Assembly: GCA_020051155.1 (NCBI GenBank)
Contig: JAGVJK010000005.1
Coordinates: 69,404 to 133,403 of the forward strand
Length of the DNA stretch: 64,000 nt
Origin: Gammaproteobacteria bacterium
GTDB taxonomy: Bacteria > Pseudomonadota > Gammaproteobacteria > UBA1113
Reading direction: 5' to 3'
Part shown: positions 38,052 through 46,243 of the stretch, one piece after another
How positions within the stretch are numbered: the first letter of the stretch is position 1
Layout: each line of letters opens with the position of its first letter
Notes under the pieces: generated by a model
What the model was told of the DNA's origin: nothing
Seen by the model: only the letters and a program-made list of their open reading frames with translations
The model's database searches: none
Program-made: the position numbers and the translations under genes

Positions 38052-41000
38052 ATGGCATCTAAGAAAGAGATCATGCGAGATGAGTTACTTGAAAAGATTA
38101 CAGCACTCATAAAGAAAAAACTACCAGAAGATGAAACAAAATTAGTAAGCCAATTTATTCGTCGTTATTATGCGACAGTCGCGCTTGATGAATTATTGAG
38201 CAGAAATATCACTGATTTGTATGGCGCAGTTCTGTCTCATTGGAGTTTAACAGCACACCATAAACCTGATGAAATTAAAATTCATATTTATAACCCTCAA
38301 TTCGAATTACATGGCTGGCAATCGACTCACACCGTTATTGAAGTTGTTTCAAAGGATATGCCTTTTATTGTTGACTCCATTTTAATGGAGTTAAACCGCC
38401 GTGGTTTGAATACACATGTGATTTTTCATATGGGCAGCTTCCAAGTGAAGCGAGACAAACAAGGTCGAATTATCGAAATTTTACCAGCGGGAAGTACCGA
38501 CAAAGACGCTATCTCAGAAGCCGTCGTGTATTTTGAAATTGATCGTCAACCAGAAAGTTCTTTTAACGACATTAAAAAAGGTTTAGAGTCTGTTTTGATG
38601 GACGTTACTCATTGCGTAACAGATTGGCCCCTCATGATGGAGCGAGTGAAATCAGCGATTGAAGAGTTAAAGAAAAATCCTCCGCCAGTGCCTCCTTGCA
38701 ATAAAGATAATATTGAAGAATCCACGGTATTTTTGAACTGGCTGTTGAATGATCATTTTACTTTTTTAGGTTACCGTGAGTATGTTGTCGCTGAAGAAGA
38801 TGGTCAAAAAGTTTTAAAAAATATCCCTAACTCAGGTTTAGGTGTGTTAAAAGATGACGGTAAATCCCATGTTTCACGTTTGTATGCGAACTTGAGCAAA
38901 CGTGCCATGAATGTTTTAATGTCGCCGGAGGTGTTGTTGGTTACAAAAACCAATACACGCTCTACAGTTCATCGACCAGTGTACACTGACATGATCAGCA
39001 TTAAACAGTTTGATAGTCAGGGTGTTGTGATCGGCGAAAAACGCATGATAGGGTTATTTACCTCGGTCGCTTACAATAGCTCGCCAAGTCATATTCCGTT
39101 ATTACGACAAAAAGTGCAAAAAGTCATTGAAGGTTCAAACTTGTCGCCGAAAGGACACGCCGGTAAGGCGTTAGTTAATATTTTAGAAACCTTACCTCGC
39201 GATGATTTATTTCAAAGTGGCACCACAGCAGAAAACTTGCTGGATTTGTGCATGGATATTTTGCATTTGCAAGAAAGACGGCGCATTCGTTTCTTTTTTC
39301 AAGAGGACGTGTTTCGACGTTATGTGTCTTGTATCGTGTTTGTTCCCAGAGATTGTTATAACACTGAATTGCGAGTCAAGATCCAATCAATTTTAATGAC
39401 CGCTTTCGCAGGAACAGAGGTTGAATTTGTTACCCTATTTACAGAATCTACCTTAGCGCGTCTTTATTTTACGATTCGCTTAGACAGTGATAATTTGCAA
39501 GAAGTCAATTTGCAAGATATTGAGCTTTTATTGCAAGAAGCCGGTCGCTCTTGGGAAGATGGCTTAAAAGATTTTCTGGTAGATTCCTACGGTGAAGAGT
39601 TAGGAAATGCTTACATCCAGAAATACTTAAGTGCTTTCCCTGCGGGTTATCGAGAAACCTTTGCTAGTAATCGTTCGGCAATTTCAGATATTGCCCATTT
39701 TGAAAAATTAAAGACTGATGATAATTTAGAAATGAGTTTGTTCAGGGCCATTGATGAGCCTGATAATGTTTTACGATTTAAGTTATTCCGCCTTAACAAA
39801 CCAGTTCCCTTATCAGACGCACTCCCTATCCTTGAGAATATGGGGTTACGGGTGGTGAGTGAGCAACCTCATCGCTTGAAGTTCAAAAACAAAGAAACAG
39901 CGTGGTTACACGACTTCAGTATGCATATTGAAGGATTAGCGGATTTAGACATCGATGCAATTAAAGAAAAATTCCAAGAGACCGTTGCTAGCGTCTGGTA
40001 TGGTTGGAACGAAAATGACAGTTTTAATAAATTATCCTTACTAGCAAATTTATCTTGGCGAGAAATTACAGTCATTCGGGCTTACGCTAAATATTTTAGA
40101 CAAATTAATTTTAATTTTAGTCAAAGCTATATTGAAGAAACCGTTTGTAATTATCCAAATATTGTAAACAAGTTGGTAGAATTATTTCTTGTGCGGTTTG
40201 CTCCGAGTGCTCATTCAGAAAGTGAACGACAATCTAAAGTTGATTTTTTAAATAAAGAGATTCTCGCACAATTAGATACCATTACCAATTTAGATCAAGA
40301 TCGAATTCTGCGGCAATACTTTGAAATTATTCAAGCGACCATTCGCACGAACTATTTTCAAACAGACAAAGAAGGCATGGTCAAGAGCTATATTTCTTTT
40401 AAATTTGATCCAACGAAGGTGCCTTACTTGCCGTTGCCAGCACCGATGTTTGAGATTTATGTGTACTCACCACGAGTGGAAGGGGTTCACTTACGCAGTG
40501 GCAGCGTAGCGCGCGGTGGTTTACGTTGGTCGGACCGCAAAGAAGATTATCGCACAGAAGTGTTAGGCTTGATGAAGGCGCAGCGGGTGAAAAACTCCGT
40601 GATTGTGCCCTATGGGGCAAAAGGCGGATTTATTCCTAAGCAATTGCCGGTTACCAAAAATCGTGATGAGATTTTGCAAGAAGCCATCAGCAGTTACCAA
40701 ATTTTCATTTCTGGATTACTGGATCTTACTGATAACTTAGTAGGTGGTGCAGTGATTCCTCCAGAAAATACCGTTCGTTATGATAGCGATGATCCTTATT
40801 TGGTTGTCGCCGCTGATAAAGGCACCGCAACTTTCTCCGATTATGCTAACAGTGTTTCCTTAGATTATGGTTTTTGGTTAGGTGATGCCTTCGCTTCTGG
40901 CGGTAAAACTGGTTATGACCATAAAAAAATGGGGATTACAGCAAAAGGTGCTTGGGAGTCTGTCAAACGCCATTTCAGAGAATTGGGTTTTGATACACAA

Positions 41001-42968
41001 AAAGATCCTTTTACCGTGGTGGGTATCGGCGATTTAGCGGGTGACGTATTTGGTAATGGGATGCTCTTATCCGATAAAATTCGTTTAGTTGCTGCCTTCA
41101 ATCATCAACACATTTTTGTTGATCCAGATCCTGATCCAGCCATTAGTTTTAAAGAGCGAACTCGCTTATTTAATTTACCACGCTCTACATGGGAAGATTA
41201 TAATCCAAGCTTAATTTCACAGGGTGGTGGCGTGTTTAATCGATTGGTGAAATCCATCAAGCTCTCGCCAGAAATTAAAGAAGTGTTGGACACCACGAAA
41301 GATTATATGGAGCCCAACGAATTAATCCGTTCTTTCTTAAAAGCGCCGGTAGACTTATTATGGAATGGCGGTATTGGTACCTTCGTAAAAGCTAGCAATG
41401 AACGACATGAAGATGTGGGTGATCGTGCCAATGATGCTATTCGCATCAATGGTAATGAATTACGTTGCAGCGTTGTCGGTGAGGGCGGTAATTTAGGTTT
41501 TACTCAATTAGGGCGTATTGAGTACGCGTTAAATGATGGAAAGATCTACACAGACTTTATTGATAACTCAGCGGGCGTTGATTGCTCTGACCATGAAGTG
41601 AATATAAAAATTCTGTTAAATGGCATTGTGGCTAATGGTGATTTAACTGAGAAGCAACGTAATGAGTTACTTGCTTCAATGACAATGGAAGTTGGCGAGC
41701 TAGTGTTACCGGATAATTACGCACAAACTCAAACCATCAGTATTGTTAATCAGCAAACTGTCCATGGCTTGGATGACTACGTCCGATTAATTAATGTGAT
41801 GGAAGCCAGTGGTGGATTAGTGCGTGATATCGAATTTTTACCTTCGGATCAAACGCTCTATGAGCGCAAAAGTATGGGGAAAGGCTTAACCACACCAGAA
41901 ATTGCAGTATTGTTGTCATATACAAAAATTGCTTTGAAAGAAGCGATTTTGGGAACAGACTTACCAGAGGATCCTTACATCTCAGATGTTATCTTTGAAT
42001 ATTTTCCTACAGAGTTAAGCAAACGCTATAAAAAGCAAATCAAAGATCACTCGCTGCATCGTGAAATTGTAGCGATGCAAATGAGCAATCATTTTGTCAA
42101 CAAAATGGGCTTGGTATGTATGAATCGTTTGCAAGAGCAAACAGGCGCAACAGTGCGTTCAATTTTACGTGCTTATGTGATTGCTAGAGATTTATTTGGT
42201 TATAGTACGGTGATTCGTAAAGTAGAGCAGTTGGATTTGCTTGTTCCAACGCACATACAAACAGAAATGCTCTCAAACTTTGCGCGATTTATGCGACGAG
42301 TGACAGGCTGGTTCTTGTATCATCATCATAACTTAAATGATATTAAATCGATTATTCAGCAATATGAGCAAGGCTTAAAACAAGTCATTAAAATTATCCC
42401 AGCATTGTTGTTAGGAACAGCGAAGGAAAGTTATGACAAAGCCATGGAATATTACATTGGATATGGCGTGCCAGAAGATTTATCGAATCTGGTGGCGCTC
42501 AGTGGCATTTTGTTTTCTGTGCTGGATATTATTTCTGCCGCCAGTGAATACAAGTTTGAGTTGGAAAAAGTAGCAACGGTGTATGCAACCTTAGCTGATC
42601 GATTAGAGTTTACCTGGGTGAAAGGTCGCATTAATGATCATTTAGAAACTAATCACTGGGATTCTCTAGCGAAGGCTGCTTATCGTGAAGATTTAGAAGT
42701 GTGTCACCGTCAATTAACCATTGGCGTTTTACGCATGGCAAGCCAAGAAGAAGACGCCATTGTGTGTATTGATCGTTGGATTGAGCATCATGCAGCACAA
42801 GTGGAAAGATGGCAGCGGATGGTCACGGAGATTCGTAGCAGCGGTAACAGTGTGGATTATGTCATGTTCGCTATGTCCATTCGTGAATTACAAGTTTTAG
42901 CTCGAGAAATTGATCTGCAGGACTATAATGATGATGTGGAAAAAAAAAGAGCCGCCCAAAGCGCATGA
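38052..42968 (+). CDS. gdhB: Large (about 180 kDa class) NAD-specific glutamate dehydrogenase
   Basis: 1638 aa. The central catalytic region contains GGLRWSDR, VPYGAKGGF and GNLGFTQLGRIE, blocks characteristic of the giant bacterial NAD-GDH family. Confidence 0.9.
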   Translation: MASKKEIMRDELLEKITALIKKKLPEDETKLVSQFIRRYYATVALDELLSRNITDLYGAVLSHWSLTAHHKPDEIKIHIYNPQFELHGWQSTHTVIEVVSKDMPFIVDSILMELNRRGLNTHVIFHMGSFQVKRDKQGRIIEILPAGSTDKDAISEAVVYFEIDRQPESSFNDIKKGLESVLMDVTHCVTDWPLMMERVKSAIEELKKNPPPVPPCNKDNIEESTVFLNWLLNDHFTFLGYREYVVAEEDGQKVLKNIPNSGLGVLKDDGKSHVSRLYANLSKRAMNVLMSPEVLLVTKTNTRSTVHRPVYTDMISIKQFDSQGVVIGEKRMIGLFTSVAYNSSPSHIPLLRQKVQKVIEGSNLSPKGHAGKALVNILETLPRDDLFQSGTTAENLLDLCMDILHLQERRRIRFFFQEDVFRRYVSCIVFVPRDCYNTELRVKIQSILMTAFAGTEVEFVTLFTESTLARLYFTIRLDSDNLQEVNLQDIELLLQEAGRSWEDGLKDFLVDSYGEELGNAYIQKYLSAFPAGYRETFASNRSAISDIAHFEKLKTDDNLEMSLFRAIDEPDNVLRFKLFRLNKPVPLSDALPILENMGLRVVSEQPHRLKFKNKETAWLHDFSMHIEGLADLDIDAIKEKFQETVASVWYGWNENDSFNKLSLLANLSWREITVIRAYAKYFRQINFNFSQSYIEETVCNYPNIVNKLVELFLVRFAPSAHSESERQSKVDFLNKEILAQLDTITNLDQDRILRQYFEIIQATIRTNYFQTDKEGMVKSYISFKFDPTKVPYLPLPAPMFEIYVYSPRVEGVHLRSGSVARGGLRWSDRKEDYRTEVLGLMKAQRVKNSVIVPYGAKGGFIPKQLPVTKNRDEILQEAISSYQIFISGLLDLTDNLVGGAVIPPENTVRYDSDDPYLVVAADKGTATFSDYANSVSLDYGFWLGDAFASGGKTGYDHKKMGITAKGAWESVKRHFRELGFDTQKDPFTVVGIGDLAGDVFGNGMLLSDKIRLVAAFNHQHIFVDPDPDPAISFKERTRLFNLPRSTWEDYNPSLISQGGGVFNRLVKSIKLSPEIKEVLDTTKDYMEPNELIRSFLKAPVDLLWNGGIGTFVKASNERHEDVGDRANDAIRINGNELRCSVVGEGGNLGFTQLGRIEYALNDGKIYTDFIDNSAGVDCSDHEVNIKILLNGIVANGDLTEKQRNELLASMTMEVGELVLPDNYAQTQTISIVNQQTVHGLDDYVRLINVMEASGGLVRDIEFLPSDQTLYERKSMGKGLTTPEIAVLLSYTKIALKEAILGTDLPEDPYISDVIFEYFPTELSKRYKKQIKDHSLHREIVAMQMSNHFVNKMGLVCMNRLQEQTGATVRSILRAYVIARDLFGYSTVIRKVEQLDLLVPTHIQTEMLSNFARFMRRVTGWFLYHHHNLNDIKSIIQQYEQGLKQVIKIIPALLLGTAKESYDKAMEYYIGYGVPEDLSNLVALSGILFSVLDIISAASEYKFELEKVATVYATLADRLEFTWVKGRINDHLETNHWDSLAKAAYREDLEVCHRQLTIGVLRMASQEEDAIVCIDRWIEHHAAQVERWQRMVTEIRSSGNSVDYVMFAMSIRELQVLAREIDLQDYNDDVEKKRAAQSA

Positions 42969-43013
42969 GAAAAACATGAGACATTGGGCAAGAAAAGAAT
43001 GAAAGGATAAGCT

Positions 43014-43910
43014 ATGACAACTGATAGTATGACAGCACATGCCAGCGTTTCGAAGCAAGCCATGGTGTTAGGTGCCCCCATGCATTATGTAGAACAGGGT
43101 ACGGGTAATCCCATCTTGTTTTTGCACGGGATCCCCACCTCATCGTACTTATGGCGCAATGTGACACCTTACTTAGCCGAAGACGGACGTTGCATTGCCT
43201 TAGATTTAATTGGTATGGGTGGTTCAGCAAAGCCGGATATTGAGTATACGGTGTTTGATCATATCCGTTATGTTGAAGCCTTTATTGATGCCTTACAATT
43301 ACGAAATATTACCTTGGTGCTCCATGCCTGGGGTTCAGTCATTGGTTTTGACATAGCTATGCGTCGTCCGGAGTTATTTAAGGGGATTGCTTTTCTTGAA
43401 TCTCAAGTGCGACCCATGTCTGAAGTGTCGATGATTCCTTTGCCTATGCAAGAGTTGTTAACACTAGCCGGCCCCGAAGAGGCTGTAAAAAAACTCATAT
43501 TAGAAAGTACGTTTTTTGTTGATAAAATGATCCCCGCGGGAACATTGCATCAAATGAGTGAAGAGGACATGTCTCACTATCGTGCGCCTTTTTTACAACC
43601 GGGTACTCGCAAGCCGCTTTGGCAATTTGTCGTGGATTTACCGAAAGGGAATGAAAAAACGCCGGTGGTGGATCTCATTGCGCGTTATTCCTCTGCGCTG
43701 CAACATTCTTCCTTACCCAAATTAATGATGTATGCCATACCTGGCTATAATACCAGTATTGATACAGTACAGTGGGTTAAAGAGCATTTCCCTAATGTTA
43801 GCATTGCTGATATCGACGAAGGATTTCACTACCCTCAAGAGTATAATCCTGAGAAAATCGGTAAAGTGTTACAACATTGGTATCAGGAAAAGGTGGCTCA
43901 TGCTTCATAA
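43014..43910 (+). CDS. Haloalkane-dehalogenase-fold alpha/beta hydrolase with a substituted nucleophile
   Basis: It aligns along its full length with DhaA-type dehalogenases (LFLHG.PTSSYLWRN, ...H.WGS..GF, G.HY.QE.NPE.IG). It reads HGIPTSS and LHAWGS where the family has HGNPTSS and HDWGS. Confidence 0.8.
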   Translation: MTTDSMTAHASVSKQAMVLGAPMHYVEQGTGNPILFLHGIPTSSYLWRNVTPYLAEDGRCIALDLIGMGGSAKPDIEYTVFDHIRYVEAFIDALQLRNITLVLHAWGSVIGFDIAMRRPELFKGIAFLESQVRPMSEVSMIPLPMQELLTLAGPEEAVKKLILESTFFVDKMIPAGTLHQMSEEDMSHYRAPFLQPGTRKPLWQFVVDLPKGNEKTPVVDLIARYSSALQHSSLPKLMMYAIPGYNTSIDTVQWVKEHFPNVSIADIDEGFHYPQEYNPEKIGKVLQHWYQEKVAHAS

Positions 43911-44043
43911 AATTTGCAAATATAGCGGCTATCTCCTAGCTCTTTGTTGCTTTACCCTGCTATTAACAGCCTGCCCAGAAGGGTATGAGGGCACGCCAAC
44001 CGCAGGTAGCGCGACCATGGTTAAACACGGACAAGAAGAATAA
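43900..44043 (+). CDS. Possible 47-aa lipoprotein
   Basis: The ATG overlaps the end of the previous gene. There is a lipobox (LLLTAC) after a hydrophobic leader. It is short and unsupported by any family match. Confidence 0.35.
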   Translation: MLHKICKYSGYLLALCCFTLLLTACPEGYEGTPTAGSATMVKHGQEE

Positions 44044-44045
44044 AA

Positions 44046-44188
44046 AGTGCCTTCTCCCCTTGAGGGAGAAGGTGGCCGAAGGCCGGATGAGGGGTATCTG
44101 ATGGTTCGTTTTCATAATGTATTTTTTCTGAGTTGATCACCCCTCATCCGCCCGTTGGGCACCTTCTCCCTCAAGGGGAGAAGGCACT
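44046..44188. mobile_element. MITE-like nested palindromic element, copy 2 (143 bp), inverted relative to copy 1
   Basis: It has the same terminal repeats as 13234-13379. The asymmetric subterminal segments (GGTGGCCGAAGGCCGG versus GGTGCCCAACGGGCGG) are swapped, which shows the opposite orientation. Confidence 0.8.
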
Positions 44189-44265
44189 TCATAGAATATT
44201 CTCACTAGGAATTCAACATCTCTAAATTCTTACCCTTTCTGCGCCGACTAATTATTTTTCCAATC

Positions 44266-44298
44266 TTTAATAAACCCTTAATCTTTAACCTGTAGTAT
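44266..44298 (+). promoter_or_regulatory. Tandem TTAAT direct repeat (PmrA-box-like) plus a -10-like hexamer
   Basis: The sequence reads TTTAATAAA-cc-CTTAATCTT, then 7 nt, then TAGTAT. It lies 68 nt upstream of the kinase ATG. The geometry is identical to 20802-20834. Confidence 0.4.
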
Positions 44299-44365
44299 GA
44301 ACAAGTTACAGTATAACTATAGAAAATAATTTGAGATGATGATATGCACGATGAGGTAAGTTTGT

Positions 44366-46180
44366 ATGGCTGGTGAAAGTATGTTTCGAGAAGTTTGGTT
44401 TTTAGGTAACGAAACTTTTATTATTGTTTCTCCCTTTCCAATGAATAGAACAGAGGTCGAGAAAAAAATTCATGCAGCTCATTTGAATATTAAAGATGCT
44501 GATTGGAGTCATCCCTTTGGTGAGGGTGGTGAAGCAAGTGTTTGTCGCTCTCCTGCAAGAGGAGATGCAATGGAAACTAGTATCGTAAAACGAATGCATC
44601 AAGGCTTGGGCGACAGCGGCAATGTGTCAATGAAAGCCTACGGTGTGAGCCCTCTACACAGAGCCAGTTATGTTGATGATGATGACGATGTTAAGACTGA
44701 TTATTTAGAGGTTAGTAATTGGCAAGAGTTGATTGACGGTGAGGACTCTCGTGATCAACGGAAAATAAAAAACATCTGTAATGAAGCCTTTGCTACAGCT
44801 CTAATGACTCGGCGTCCATGTGTAGTAATGATCAGCGCTGATGATGAGCTTTATTTAGAAATGCCAGATTTAGGTCCAGTTGATTTAAATAATTACCTTT
44901 ATAACAAAGATAAATCGAGCAAAAGTATTTCCTGGGCGACACAGCAACAATTAGTGAGTAGTACTCTTTTTCATGTAGACGAAGTGCTTCGGGAAGGCTT
45001 ATTGCATAATGATATCAAACCAGAAAATCTTATTATTAAACAAGATCGCGAAGGACTGAAAATAAGTTTATGTGATTTTGGTCATGCAACGTTTCATGGT
45101 GTTGAGTTGGTTCAATCTTTAGATGGGCTGGATTCAGTAAAGAGAGGTGGCATGGGAAGCCCATACTATTCTGCACCGGAAGTTGATGCTTCGAAAGAGG
45201 CATCAGAAAAATCTGAAGTCTATTCCTTAGCTCTCGTGTTAGCTGAAATTTTTGGTTACAATTTAAAAGAAGCTGAGATTCAAGTTATTTGTTCTGCAAC
45301 AGAGCTCGAGAAAAAACAAATGATGTTAAGCGAGCCTACCTTGGACGCGCAAGAGCGAGAAGTCATAGAAACTGATATTCAAAATCTTCAAGATTTTTTA
45401 ACAAGTGTTCGATATCAAACTCTTACACCAGCATTATCTTCTGACAGTGACAGCCAAGATAGCTCTAACCAAAATGATAATGTTTTTTATCTGTCTGGTG
45501 AAGATGAAGAAGAAAATACCTCTGGCGATGAAGAGTTGGAAAGCTTTTCTGATGAAGATGATGATGAGGATGATGATACTGCAGCTCCTGCATTATTTGT
45601 TCCTAACTTTCATCAAAGTATTTTAGAGTCGCTCTCGATACCGATAAACCTCAGAGAAGAAATCGCAAATTTTTTAACAGCGTGTCGTCATGAGGATGCT
45701 GCTGCGCGTCCTTCTATTCAAGAAATGAAACTATTTTTTGATAAGTTGTTCTATGAAGCAGCTTTACAAGCTAGCGCTGCTAGGCCCCATCATGTGAATA
45801 ATTATTCCAATGATAGAGATGATCCTTTCGATGATACCCAGGACTTTCGGTTTGTGACGAGTATTTTTGATGAGATTGATGCTAGTGTTGGCTTTTCTCT
45901 GGCGCCAACTTGTTCGAGTAGTGTCACTCCTCAAATGCCTCAGACATCAACTAGCTCCAGTGGCCGTTATTCTCCTACTTTGTGGCCAGCCACTGGAACC
46001 AGGCAGCCTCATGATTTGCAAACGCTGCGAAGAGGGCAAAGCTTGCTTCTTATGTCGCCCTCGTCTCCGATACCGGCCGCAAGGTCAAGTTATCCTAGGC
46101 AATCTTTTGATGGAGTGAGTCTTGATGAATTGACGATATCGGTCTCTTCCCGGAAGACTTCCCCAGGAAAAAAATTCTAA
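44366..46180 (+). CDS. Eukaryote-like (Hanks-type) Ser/Thr protein kinase with acidic and Ser/Pro-rich C-terminal regions
   Basis: Gly-rich loop FGEGGEASV, a candidate VAIK-type Lys in SIVKRM, catalytic loop HNDIKPENL, CDFG, and GSPYYSAPE. These are followed by a DEDDDEDDD run and an S/P/T-rich tail. Confidence 0.8.
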   Translation: MAGESMFREVWFLGNETFIIVSPFPMNRTEVEKKIHAAHLNIKDADWSHPFGEGGEASVCRSPARGDAMETSIVKRMHQGLGDSGNVSMKAYGVSPLHRASYVDDDDDVKTDYLEVSNWQELIDGEDSRDQRKIKNICNEAFATALMTRRPCVVMISADDELYLEMPDLGPVDLNNYLYNKDKSSKSISWATQQQLVSSTLFHVDEVLREGLLHNDIKPENLIIKQDREGLKISLCDFGHATFHGVELVQSLDGLDSVKRGGMGSPYYSAPEVDASKEASEKSEVYSLALVLAEIFGYNLKEAEIQVICSATELEKKQMMLSEPTLDAQEREVIETDIQNLQDFLTSVRYQTLTPALSSDSDSQDSSNQNDNVFYLSGEDEEENTSGDEELESFSDEDDDEDDDTAAPALFVPNFHQSILESLSIPINLREEIANFLTACRHEDAAARPSIQEMKLFFDKLFYEAALQASAARPHHVNNYSNDRDDPFDDTQDFRFVTSIFDEIDASVGFSLAPTCSSSVTPQMPQTSTSSSGRYSPTLWPATGTRQPHDLQTLRRGQSLLLMSPSSPIPAARSSYPRQSFDGVSLDELTISVSSRKTSPGKKF

Positions 46181-46243
46181 ATCAGTGTCTCTAAGGACAC
46201 ATGATGTTACAATCCCTCCACGATATTCTCGTGGAGGTTTTGT

